From positions 1 through 56,236 of the forward strand of contig JAGVWA010000004.1 of assembly GCA_018304505.1 (NCBI GenBank): a stretch of DNA of 56,236 bases, read 5' to 3'. Positions 1-8,959 of this stretch are shown here, piece by piece (position 1 is the first letter of the stretch; every line of letters starts with the position of its first letter). The notes under the pieces were generated by a model. That model made no database searches, was not told where the DNA came from, and saw only the letters and a list, made by a program, of their open reading frames with translations. This stretch comes from Nanobdellati archaeon. Its GTDB lineage: Archaea > B1Sed10-29 > JAGVWA01. A program made the position numbers and the translations under genes.

Positions 1-1440
1 TAGTTTGCGTTTTTTCAAGCCTGCGATTACTTGTTCTCTTACGAGGTCTGTTGTGGTGCGTTGCCTCAGCAGGCTGATTTTTGGCGTGGGTTTGACTCGC
101 TCGATCGCGGTTATGAGTTGCGTTGCGGTTGCTGCGCCGTATTTCTTGATGTAGCCTTCGAGACGCGCGGTGGTTCTTTGCAGCGATTTCAGTTGTGCTG
201 TGGTTGTAATCAGCGTGGGTGCCGGCAATTCAGTCGCTGCGCCTGCCCGTGAGAGCATTTCTTTTTGCTTGGCTAGTTCTGTTTGTTGGGAGAGGGCGAG
301 CTGTATTCTGCTGTAGCGCTCGGCTGTGATCCTTTGCCTGTTCTGGTTTTTTGATAAAGAATTCATAATCAGTGCTTTCTGTTGCGAAAGGAATTGTCGT
401 CCAAGCTCCTCAGAAGTTACCCTTTGCATTGCATCTTCAATTTCTTTTTCTATTTTGGCTTCCCTTGAACTTCCTTGTTTGTACAGTAATAAATCAGTCT
501 GCTCTTCCGCGGCGTAGTCTCTTACTGCTTTTTCGTGTTCTTTGGGTAAAAATGTTTGTTTGAAGAATTCTTTTCTTTGTTTCTCGTCGAGTTCTGTGAA
601 GTGTTGTATTAGTGTTGTGGCTTGTGATTCTAGGCTTTCTTTTGTTTCGGGTTTGGTGGTTTGGAATGGTGCTAGTACTGTTTGAAGTTTTCTGGCGATT
701 GCTTCTCGTTCGGTGAGTTTTTTAAAAGCATTGAGGAATCTGTGTTGTCTTGCTTCTTGGGGTAATTTTTCTATGGATTTTTTGAATTCACTTGCGATAA
801 CGTGTCCAAATTGTAGTTTTATTGTTTCAATAGTTTTCTTTTCTTTCTTGCTCATCTCGATTATTGGTGTTGCTTTGCCTAAGTATAATATGGGTAAGTT
901 CTTCTTTTTTGCGAAAGCTTCTAGTTCTGGTTGTAGGGGGAATCGTGCTAATTCTTTTCTGTTCATCTTGACAAATTCATTAAACGATACGCTCTCGCTT
1001 ACTGTTAAAATCTTAAATTGTTGGAATCTTGTTTGTGCATCTTTCATTTCTTCATTTGCTTCTGCTATCGAATTATCTTCTACCTTTTTTCTTTTGTGGA
1101 GTAATATTGCTCCTGCAATTGCCACTGCGGGTGCCGCTGGTGCTAGAATTGGGGCCATTGCTGACATAAGTAGGATATCTGCGGCGATGACTTTTGCGCC
1201 AAGCGCTGTGGCAATACCTGATGCGGCCCCTATTTTGAGTTTTCTTTGGCGTTTTACATGAATGGGGCCATGGGTATTTTCATATACTTCTCTGAATACA
1301 ATCCTATCTTCTATTGAAGTTAGTAATCGACTTGCCTCTCTGTTTTGAGGGTTTTGTTTTAGTTCGTTCTCTACTTCAGTCTTATTTTTTTCAAGATTGG
1401 CAAATCGATTGATATCTTTTTGAATCTCTTCAGTATTCAT
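1..1440 (-). CDS. Large basic hypothetical protein, runs off left edge; its C-terminal part is paralogous to 1658..2761
   Basis: Not in the ORF track because there is no stop in the window. ATG at 1440 (MNTEEIQKDINRF...), hydrophobic GAASGIATALGA...AVAIAGAILL segment, and the same frame near the edge reads QLALSQQTELAKQKEMLSRAGA...EQVIAGLKKRKL. Confidence 0.75.
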   Translation of the reverse strand, partial: MNTEEIQKDINRFANLEKNKTEVENELKQNPQNREASRLLTSIEDRIVFREVYENTHGPIHVKRQRKLKIGAASGIATALGAKVIAADILLMSAMAPILAPAAPAVAIAGAILLHKRKKVEDNSIAEANEEMKDAQTRFQQFKILTVSESVSFNEFVKMNRKELARFPLQPELEAFAKKKNLPILYLGKATPIIEMSKKEKKTIETIKLQFGHVIASEFKKSIEKLPQEARQHRFLNAFKKLTEREAIARKLQTVLAPFQTTKPETKESLESQATTLIQHFTELDEKQRKEFFKQTFLPKEHEKAVRDYAAEEQTDLLLYKQGSSREAKIEKEIEDAMQRVTSEELGRQFLSQQKALIMNSLSKNQNRQRITAERYSRIQLALSQQTELAKQKEMLSRAGAATELPAPTLITTTAQLKSLQRTTARLEGYIKKYGAATATQLITAIERVKPTPKISLLRQRTTTDLVREQVIAGLKKRKL

Positions 1441-1484
1441 TAATTATTTGAAGGGATTTTGTTTTTTTAATACTTCCGCTAAAA

Positions 1485-1691
1485 TTAGATGCATTCTAGG
1501 TCTGCTTCGAGACGAGCTTTGCTAGCTTCTAATGAGGCCTCTTTTCCATCAAGGAAAGCGCGCATTAATGGACTCATCTCTGCCTCCAAGCGTTCTTCTT
1601 CTTGTTTTTGGGCTAGTCGTTCTGCTCGGCGGCGAGCTGCTATCCTATCTGTAATGCTTACGTATTCGTTTGTTTCTGTTGTTTGCCACAT
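1485..1691 (-). CDS. MW-family small acidic protein
   Basis: 68 aa, starts MWQTTETNEY, Glu-rich and helical. Confidence 0.7.
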   Translation of the reverse strand: MWQTTETNEYVSITDRIAARRRAERLAQKQEEERLEAEMSPLMRAFLDGKEASLEASKARLEADLECI

Positions 1692-2761
1692 ATAATCATC
1701 ATTCCGTTATTTTTGGCTTTCGCTGTTATTGTTGTACCTAGTATACTTTGCGTAGCGCAGGTACTTAAAACTGTCGGTTGAAGTTCGGTGATTGTCGAAA
1801 AGAAAATCATCTCGTTTCCTGGCTCCGCGTAGCCGATGAAGCGTGCTTGTTTCAGTACTTTGCCTTGTCCTTGTTGTCTTTCTCTTTCGCGTGCGTATTC
1901 TTGTGGTGTTGGTGGCCTCATCGGCGTGGGTCTTGCAGGGGTTTGTGGGGTTGCGATTGTTCCTCTTTGGTGCCGTGCCGCGAGTTGGCGTGCTTGTCGT
2001 GACGCGTTTTCGTGCATTCTTAATGGGGGCGTGGGGACTGGTCGTAGTCCGAGTGTGATTTGTCTGGCGCCGAGTGTGATTTGTCTGGCGTGTTCGCGTG
2101 CGAGTTGTGCTGGTGTTGGTGTGGGTGGTGTGTATGTTGGTGGTTTTTGGGTGGGTGGTGCTTGTCGTTGGGGAACAGCCGATGGCCGTCTTTGGGGGGT
2201 AAGTGCGGGGGTTTGGGTTGGTCGTGCTTGTTGCGTGGCTCGTTTTTGTTGCTTTAGTGCTCGTCGCTCCTCTTTGATTTTTCGTCTGGCGTTAAGTTGT
2301 TTCAGGTTTTCCAGTGCTTCTTCCGCGTTGTTTTTTTGTCTTAGCACTTCGTTGACTTGTCCTAAGTATGTGGCGCGTTGCGTTTCAAGTTTCCTTTTTT
2401 TCAAGCCCGCAATTACTTGTTCTCTTACGAGGTCTGTTGTGGTGCGTTGCCTCAGTATGCTGATTTTTGGCGTGGGTTTGACTCGTTCGATTGCGGTTAT
2501 GAGTTGTGTTGCGGTTGCTGCGCCGTATTTCTTGATGTATTTTTCTAGTCGTGTGGTGGTTCTTTGTAGTGATTTGAGTTGTGTTGTGGTAGTGATGAGT
2601 GTTGGTTTTGTTGGTTGTGGTGTTGCGCCTGCTCGTGTGAGTATTTGGCTTTGTTTGGTTAGTTCTGTTTGTTGGGAGAGGGCGAGTTGGGTTTGGTCAT
2701 GTCTTTGGCGTGTTATTTGTGGAGTTGATTCCCGTTTCTTTATAAAGGTGTCTGCTAGCAA
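1658..2761 (-). CDS. Basic Q/R/T/P-rich hypothetical protein, possibly a partial duplicate of the 1..1440 gene
   Basis: 367 aa ORF with uncertain start; shares ~100 aa with the left-edge gene. Confidence 0.55.
   Translation of the reverse strand: MLADTFIKKRESTPQITRQRHDQTQLALSQQTELTKQSQILTRAGATPQPTKPTLITTTTQLKSLQRTTTRLEKYIKKYGAATATQLITAIERVKPTPKISILRQRTTTDLVREQVIAGLKKRKLETQRATYLGQVNEVLRQKNNAEEALENLKQLNARRKIKEERRALKQQKRATQQARPTQTPALTPQRRPSAVPQRQAPPTQKPPTYTPPTPTPAQLAREHARQITLGARQITLGLRPVPTPPLRMHENASRQARQLAARHQRGTIATPQTPARPTPMRPPTPQEYARERERQQGQGKVLKQARFIGYAEPGNEMIFFSTITELQPTVLSTCATQSILGTTITAKAKNNGMMIICGKQQKQTNT
2049..2090. repeat. 21-bp tandem repeat x2 (ARQITLG x2)
   Basis: ccgagtgtgatttgtctggcg occurs twice. 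Confidence 0.9.
2387..2686. repeat. ~300-bp diverged direct repeat of positions 1..300
   Basis: e.g. ttacttgttctcttacgaggtctgttgtggtgcgttgcctcag and agttctgtttgttgggagagggcgag are in both copies. Confidence 0.9.
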
Positions 2762-2951
2762 TAGGAACTTTTGCCTTTAAGTGCCTAATGGCACTAGGAA
2801 CCTTTTTAAATGCGGTTATAGGTTTAAACGCTAGTATACCTCCAAGTAGTATACTTGAAAGTATACTAACTGGGATTTAGCTGGGAAGTGTGTGGTACGT
2901 TAATGGTATTTAAATAGTACGTGTTTCATAATAGGTACCCGAGTTGATTAA

Positions 2952-3569
2952 ATGGAAGCGGTAAAGGACATGCCAAAGTTAGAATCGCCATTCGTGCGCG
3001 CCGAGAATGATAAGGGGGAGTATGTAGTAACCCCACAGGTTGCTGAGGGCATGGACTGGGTTTTTACTGATGATGGTGTCTTGGCTACGGAGAAATTGCA
3101 TGGCACGAACGTTTCGATTGTTATCGAAAATGGAATGATTGCGAGCGTTTGGAACAGGACCGAGAGGCTGCCTTTTTTTAACAAGGGCAAGCAGCACATT
3201 ATCCAGGGTGTGATAGAAGCTTACAGCAGGGGGTATTGTGATTTGCCTGATGGCCAGTGGTTTGGGGAATTAATCGGCGAAAAAGTTAATGGTAATCCGT
3301 ATGGCATTACAGGGCACTTATGGTTGCCTTTTGACAAGTACTGCAAGACGCATTTGGCTTACAAGTCATGGGGTAAGTACCCGAAGGACTTTGGCGCGAT
3401 TAGCGATTGGTTCAAGGGATTGCAGCCCTTGTATTGCTGGAAACTCAGGGGGCAGAGCGAGCAGCCGCAGTTTGTCGAGGGTGTAGTGTTCCATCATCCT
3501 GACGGCAGAATGGCTAAACTCAGGAAGGACATGTTTTCGTGGTATGATGGAAAAAGGCACAACACCTGA
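2952..3569 (+). CDS. RNA ligase-like stand-alone adenylyltransferase domain (Rnl family)
   Basis: Nucleotidyltransferase motifs I ATEKLHGTN, III GELIG, IV EGVVF, V MAKLRK. Confidence 0.8.
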   Translation: MEAVKDMPKLESPFVRAENDKGEYVVTPQVAEGMDWVFTDDGVLATEKLHGTNVSIVIENGMIASVWNRTERLPFFNKGKQHIIQGVIEAYSRGYCDLPDGQWFGELIGEKVNGNPYGITGHLWLPFDKYCKTHLAYKSWGKYPKDFGAISDWFKGLQPLYCWKLRGQSEQPQFVEGVVFHHPDGRMAKLRKDMFSWYDGKRHNT

Positions 3570-3755
3570 GCTGTTTGTCTAGTGGCATTGTTTGCTAACG
3601 CGAGCCAGTTCTGCGTTAACTGTACTTAACACAGAATCGATTCTAGGTTAAGCACGCATGGCACGGCGCAAAAATCAAGGGGCGCACACCAACGCAATTT
3701 GACTGTGCAGCTTATAAAGTATTAAATAGTCGCGAGGGCATAATAGCAGCTAGTT

Positions 3756-5075
3756 ATGGATAATAGTTATGTTGTTCAGGATACACGCAATGGAGGATAC
3801 CCATATATTAGCCACCAGTTTATTGTGGTTAAAGAGCCGGGTGGAGGTATCATCTATTCAAAGGAGTTTGGAAGATCCATTGCTGAAATAAACGATGCTA
3901 GTTTTGAACTGCTTTCTCACTGCACCGGAAATAACATCCTGCAGGACATAATAACCAAATACAGATGCACAGAAGCAAGCACAGTCATAGATGAATGCAT
4001 CAGCAAAGGAGTCCTATCATTTTCAGGCTTTCCAGCCTTGAAAAGCCCGGTTAACATAATCAATAAGCGCGAGTACAACCCGCACACGGTCCACATAGAA
4101 TTAACAAAAAAATGCAACTTGAGGTGTGTGTATTGTTACAATGCCTCAGGTGAGCCTCTAGAGGATGAATTATCTACCAAAGACTTTTTGCGGGTTTTGG
4201 AGATTCTCAAAAAACAAGGTGTTTTAGCAGTAACATTTACTGGCGGCGAACCATTTACAAAAAAAGACGTCATGATTATCCTGGAAGAGGCTCTAAAACA
4301 CTTCGACGTATCTATAATGACTAATGGGCAATTGCTTGGAAACGACGAGTGGTTTAACTCACTAACAGAACATGAAAAAAGCCTATTAAAAAAAGTCATT
4401 TTTTACCAGATATCGCTTGACAGCCTAAACAAAGAAAAAAATGACGCATATCGGGGCAAAGGAACCTATGACAACGTTGAAAGGGCAGTCAAACGCTTAC
4501 GGAACATGGGTCCTAGAATAACAATATCCGCAACCATAACACAGGAAACCCTTAAGGATTTACCAGAGATGGAACAACAACTAAAGAAATGGGGCGTAAA
4601 ACTAACAATGGGCGCCTTAGAATACCGAGGAAGGGCCAAACATAATAACATGAAAAATCAAATAATTCCCATAGATATTCTAAACGAATTCTCAAGTGAT
4701 GAACCTAACATACACACGGAAAAATACGTGTACTGCAACGCAATTCGTGGAACATTCACGATTAGGTCAAATGGCTTCATTAAACCATGCACCATCTCCT
4801 CAGAGGTATTCAAGGTGTTTAACAAGAACCTATGTGAATCATTGCATATATTTGAATTGGAAGATAAAGAACTTCCCCAGACCGGCTTCTTCAAACTACT
4901 GCGCACACTCTATTACTTTATTCCATCTAAAGAGGAATGCGGGAACTGTGAAAACTATTCATCCTACTGCAAGAATTGCGGTCTGGCTCCACATTACATG
5001 AAGCAGCAAGGATTGTGTAAAAAACTAGGAGGTAACATAAATGAAGTCGCCCAAAATAGATTGGTTAATCATTGA
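3756..5075 (+). CDS. Radical SAM/SPASM peptide maturase with N-terminal PqqD/RRE-like region
   Basis: CNLRCVYC, TGGEP, ISLD, C-terminal Cys cluster (YC...PC...ECGNC...YCKNC). Confidence 0.9.
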   Translation: MDNSYVVQDTRNGGYPYISHQFIVVKEPGGGIIYSKEFGRSIAEINDASFELLSHCTGNNILQDIITKYRCTEASTVIDECISKGVLSFSGFPALKSPVNIINKREYNPHTVHIELTKKCNLRCVYCYNASGEPLEDELSTKDFLRVLEILKKQGVLAVTFTGGEPFTKKDVMIILEEALKHFDVSIMTNGQLLGNDEWFNSLTEHEKSLLKKVIFYQISLDSLNKEKNDAYRGKGTYDNVERAVKRLRNMGPRITISATITQETLKDLPEMEQQLKKWGVKLTMGALEYRGRAKHNNMKNQIIPIDILNEFSSDEPNIHTEKYVYCNAIRGTFTIRSNGFIKPCTISSEVFKVFNKNLCESLHIFELEDKELPQTGFFKLLRTLYYFIPSKEECGNCENYSSYCKNCGLAPHYMKQQGLCKKLGGNINEVAQNRLVNH

Positions 5076-5187
5076 GGATGCCTATCGGAATCTAGAGTTG
5101 AATGGAAAATGTAGCGCAAAACCATGCAACGGCGGTTGCTCTGCAAAGCTCGCCAACTCAAAATTCCTGAAAAATATACTAGGTTAA
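5041..5187 (+). CDS. Candidate Cys-rich RiPP precursor (48 aa)
   Basis: MKSPKIDWLIIEDAYRNLELNGKCSAKPCNGGCSAKLANSKFLKNILG*; GGAGGT Shine-Dalgarno upstream; bridges the rSAM gene and the next gene. Confidence 0.7.
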   Translation: MKSPKIDWLIIEDAYRNLELNGKCSAKPCNGGCSAKLANSKFLKNILG

Positions 5188-5190
5188 ACA

Positions 5191-6240
5191 ATGATCATTA
5201 AAGGAACACCGGCAAGCCCGGGCATATTTACTGGAAAGGCTTACACTGCAAAGTATGAACCAGAAGACATCGACAACATTACTGATGAAACAGTGTTAGT
5301 AGGAAAAAGTTTCTGGATAGACGATGATTTACTGTTGTACAAGGCCCGGGCTGTGGTGACAGAAACCGGGGGCATGCTCTGCCACGCCGCAATAGTTGCC
5401 AGGGAACTTGGCAAGCCGTGCGTTGTAGGAATCAACGACCTGCTGTCCATCGTCAGTGCTGGCGACACTATAATTGTAGACGGGACTAACGGACAGATCA
5501 CAATAGAAAAAAACAACCTGCAGAGGGGCATGCTAGAAAACCCCGGCTACATAGACTTCATAGACAATATGAAACCCGAACCATACAAGAACATCACGGT
5601 GTACACTGAAAAATACAACGGCAAGCTCTACTTGTACTTTCCGAAAACAGACCAGAAAACAAAAGACGCGGCACTACAACACTTCAAAAAGCAGTACTCT
5701 GTCATGCAAGTGCTCGAGGCAGAGCCAAAACCGCCTGCGGTAGTGATAGAAAAGTACTCGTATTTCAAGATACATTTGGAAAACATGCAAAATAATGAGT
5801 ATGCACAGGACTACAACGAATCTATAAATATAGCAGAGAAAATGGACACAAGGAAAATAGAATCGTTTGCAAACACCGTGTACCAGAAGGCCTTTAAGCA
5901 CCTCGAAAAGTGCCTTGAACATGACGACAACAGAAACAAAAAGCAAGCACATGAACACATGAATCTATTCACAGGATACTTTGAACAGATCTCGAAAGTC
6001 AACCTGGCAAGGAAAACATTTGAACAGCTCAAGAAACAGTTCGCGGATGCTCATGAACTTGAGAACTTTCTCGTGAAGGCAGATCACGGAAAACCAGTTC
6101 CTGGGAAGCAGCACGAGCTAGAAGTTTATGCCTTGGTAAAGAAACTGCTCAATAAGAAGAGGGACGAGATAATTTTCAACAACAAGTCGCTCAAGCAACT
6201 GCAAGACCATGCATGGAAAAGGGAGATCTACTTCGGTTGA
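5191..6240 (+). CDS. PEP-utilising enzyme mobile (phospho-His) domain fused to an unknown helical domain
   Basis: GTPASPG...AVVTETGGMLCHAAIVARELGKPCVVG...VDGTNG. Confidence 0.85.
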   Translation: MIIKGTPASPGIFTGKAYTAKYEPEDIDNITDETVLVGKSFWIDDDLLLYKARAVVTETGGMLCHAAIVARELGKPCVVGINDLLSIVSAGDTIIVDGTNGQITIEKNNLQRGMLENPGYIDFIDNMKPEPYKNITVYTEKYNGKLYLYFPKTDQKTKDAALQHFKKQYSVMQVLEAEPKPPAVVIEKYSYFKIHLENMQNNEYAQDYNESINIAEKMDTRKIESFANTVYQKAFKHLEKCLEHDDNRNKKQAHEHMNLFTGYFEQISKVNLARKTFEQLKKQFADAHELENFLVKADHGKPVPGKQHELEVYALVKKLLNKKRDEIIFNNKSLKQLQDHAWKREIYFG

Positions 6241-6332
6241 TCAGGCCTGCTCCAAATCAATTCGTGTAAATTAAGTTTTCAGTAGACGATTTTATGGGTT
6301 GGCCGGCTTTGTCGGGCCCGGCGTTTTATTCT

Positions 6333-7286
6333 TTATGTTTTGGTTGTCTGCATTGTGATTTCCATTTTGTTGTGGGGCAAGTGTTTAAATTTAAAGTCTT
6401 TAAAGTCTTTTTTTAGCAGCTCTTTTACTGTGTCGATGTAATGAAAAACATTTCGCGATGGGCACTTAATAGTCATGACGCATGGTGCTTTTGGTTTAAT
6501 GAATTTGCTCAGCACTAGCATTATTCCCGCAGACTCGCGCGGGTGTAGGTTCATGTCGTTTACCAGCATGTCGAATTTTTCTTTTGGGGCGAAATCTTCT
6601 GCCCGTATCTGAAGGTATTGAATGTTCTTGTCATTGGCCAGAGTCGGATCAAGTTTTCCGGGGTCGATAGCTGTAACCTTGATTCCACGTTTGCTGAGTT
6701 CGTTACTGAATCCGCCAGGGGCTGCGCCGATGTCTAATGCAGTTTTTACATTTTGTAAGTCAAGGTTGAAATAATTAATGGCCTCTCTGAGCTTCAATTG
6801 CGATCGGTTTATTATCTCCTCATTGTCGTTGGCATTGGTGTCCGTGTTGCTTGGGTTTTTTGTTGGTTTGGATTTTGTAATGAATGCGGTGTTCTGGGCT
6901 AGCGTGAGCAATATTACAGCCGTGGGGTTTTTTCTGTCAACTATAAATCCGTCTTGTTCTAATTTGGTTCCAACTTGCACTTCTATGTCGCGGCTGTTTT
7001 TTTCTATGGTTGTTATTGTAAAGTCTTTGTTTCCGTGAATGCGGCATTTGATGGCAAATCCTTCTGTTTTATCGAGCAGGTTTTTTATTGACTGCACAAT
7101 TTGGTCTACGTCGATTGGTTCTATGGCGTCAACTTTGTAGATGCCGTGCGATAGGATTAGTTCCGGGGTCGTTGGGGATTCTAAAAGCAGTAGCCCCCGG
7201 GCAAGCGTTTCGAATTTGTTTGGCTCTATTTCCTTTGCAATCTCACTAATGAAGAGGGGTTGATACGTCACTAGGTATTTGTTCAT
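6333..7286 (-). CDS. THUMP + FtsJ/RlmM-like SAM methyltransferase
   Basis: NRSQLKLREA, ALDIGAAPGG, AIDPGKL, LVNDMN; THUMP-like N-terminal half. Confidence 0.8.
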   Translation of the reverse strand: MNKYLVTYQPLFISEIAKEIEPNKFETLARGLLLLESPTTPELILSHGIYKVDAIEPIDVDQIVQSIKNLLDKTEGFAIKCRIHGNKDFTITTIEKNSRDIEVQVGTKLEQDGFIVDRKNPTAVILLTLAQNTAFITKSKPTKNPSNTDTNANDNEEIINRSQLKLREAINYFNLDLQNVKTALDIGAAPGGFSNELSKRGIKVTAIDPGKLDPTLANDKNIQYLQIRAEDFAPKEKFDMLVNDMNLHPRESAGIMLVLSKFIKPKAPCVMTIKCPSRNVFHYIDTVKELLKKDFKDFKFKHLPHNKMEITMQTTKT

Positions 7287-7500
7287 TTTCCAAAACTTCC
7301 ATTTCTTTGAGATCCTCTATAAACATGCTCAGTTCTTGTTTGTTTATGCTAGTTGGTATTATAGAGTCTGTTCCATTTTTTAATTGGTTTAGGATGTTTA
7401 AGTATTTATTATCAAGTTTAAAGTACTGCAAAGTATCTACGCGGCATAGTAGGGTATAGTCCCCCTCTTTCCTAAAGCGAGTGTGTTTTGTTAGTTTCAT
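7246..7500 (-). CDS. Stand-alone PqqD/RRE-like peptide-binding protein
   Basis: 84 aa with beta-strand N-terminus (RFRKEGDYTLL) and ELSMFIEDLKEMEVLE terminal helix; adjacent to an rSAM gene. Confidence 0.65.
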   Translation of the reverse strand: MKLTKHTRFRKEGDYTLLCRVDTLQYFKLDNKYLNILNQLKNGTDSIIPTSINKQELSMFIEDLKEMEVLENEQIPSDVSTPLH

Positions 7501-7524
7501 TGAGCATCCTTGTATTTGGGGTGA

Positions 7525-8637
7525 TTAGTTGGTCCGGTTGTTTAGTATCCTTAAGCCTGTTTGTTGGCTTATTAAGGGGGTTGTGTTCTTCTTTAATCCA
7601 AGTTTTTCATTCATTGAATTACATATCAGCGGCGCTTGTGTTGGCTCGCCATAGTATTGGAAGATTTGGGCGACGCAGCGATTGCAGCTTTCCGAGTTTC
7701 TACAACCAGAGCAACCCATTGTTTGATAAGATCTGAATTCGTTGAATTCAGGGCCATTCCAGATCTCTTTTAGGCTGCTGTTTTTGATGTTTGGAAAATT
7801 CATGTATTTTTCGTGCATTGTTATTCGTGTTAATGTGCAGGGGGAGACTGTGCCGTCAGCATGGATTTCGCAGTGGGCAGTAGCAGCGCCGCAGTCAAAC
7901 GAAAAATCACTAAGTTCTGATTCTTCAAGGACGAGGTCGACTGCTTTTACTAATATGCCTTGTTGTTCGAGTTCTTTGACGATTTGTTTGATTTCGGTAG
8001 AGTACTCGCTCATGGGCTCGAACAAATATTGGTTATCATTAGCTCTGCCGTTTTCAGTTATCGGAGAGAGATACCATGCTGCTGGTTTTAGTGTAAGTAT
8101 CACGTTTTTCATCTTGTCTAGATTTTCGAGGATATCTTTGTGTAGCGATGTGGCGATTGTCAAGGGATATCCTCTTTCTGCAAAGAATTTTATGGCGTGA
8201 AAGGTTTGGTTAAACACAGCTTCTTTTCGAAGTGCTGTTGGGCCTTTTCTGATAACCCCATGGGACTCAGCGTCATATCCATCGAGGCTTATCTTGACGC
8301 CAATTAGGTATTCCCCCTTTGAATGGATATATTCTAGTAAAGAGTTGTTCATTAGGCCGTTTGTTGTGAGCATATAATGTACCTGGTGTTGGTCTAGGTA
8401 TTCTAGAATATCTTTGAAATAGGGGGATTGAGTTGGCTCTCCACCGCAAAGGTTTACATAGAAAATGTTTAAGTCAGCGATTTCCCGTATTACCCGCTTA
8501 AAATCATCTCTGCTTAGTTCGTTTTCTTTTTCTTCGCCAAAAAACCCATAGCAATGTGTACATCGCAGATTGCATTTTTCAGTTAAGTTTAAATAAAGAA
8601 AACTAGGAACTGAAAGCTTTTCAGTAGTTTCTGCCAT
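7525..8637 (-). CDS. Radical SAM/SPASM protein (PqqE/MftC-like)
   Basis: CNLRCTHC, GGEP, ISLDG, CGAA...ADGTVSPC...CSGC...CNRC; likely start MAETTEK. Confidence 0.9.
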   Translation of the reverse strand: MAETTEKLSVPSFLYLNLTEKCNLRCTHCYGFFGEEKENELSRDDFKRVIREIADLNIFYVNLCGGEPTQSPYFKDILEYLDQHQVHYMLTTNGLMNNSLLEYIHSKGEYLIGVKISLDGYDAESHGVIRKGPTALRKEAVFNQTFHAIKFFAERGYPLTIATSLHKDILENLDKMKNVILTLKPAAWYLSPITENGRANDNQYLFEPMSEYSTEIKQIVKELEQQGILVKAVDLVLEESELSDFSFDCGAATAHCEIHADGTVSPCTLTRITMHEKYMNFPNIKNSSLKEIWNGPEFNEFRSYQTMGCSGCRNSESCNRCVAQIFQYYGEPTQAPLICNSMNEKLGLKKNTTPLISQQTGLRILNNRTN

Positions 8638-8653
8638 TTGCTTACAGCCTCTA

Positions 8654-8788
8654 TTAATACTGGTTTTGATCACATTGGTTGATGGTTGTGTTTTGGATGA
8701 GTTTTAAAGTTGGTATTTTTGCTTTCTTGGTTGCCATTGTTGTTGCCAATCCAAGGGTATTTGCTTTTAAGGAAGTTTGTGTTACCAT
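8654..8788 (-). CDS. Candidate RiPP precursor (44 aa)
   Basis: MVTQTSLKANTLGLATTMATKKAKIPTLKLIQNTTINQCDQNQY*, directly upstream of the rSAM gene on the same strand. Confidence 0.55.
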   Translation of the reverse strand: MVTQTSLKANTLGLATTMATKKAKIPTLKLIQNTTINQCDQNQY

Positions 8789-8959
8789 AGCTTTATTCTA
8801 TTTTTTAGATTAATAATTGTTTCCACGCTAATTGCCGAATTCGTGAGCTAGACAAGGATACCTGTGCCCGTAGAGGGGTATAACTGTTTGGCTTGATTGC
8901 CGTTGCATTAGTATCCTGCTTACTGAAGCATGTTTTTAAACTTGTGGCGTTTATTTGGC

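Noticed and set aside
713-2780. Long plus-strand ORFs 713..1261 and 1836..2780 (similarly 35850..36716)
   Set aside because: Antisense shadows of minus-strand genes with implausible Cys/Ser/Phe-rich composition.
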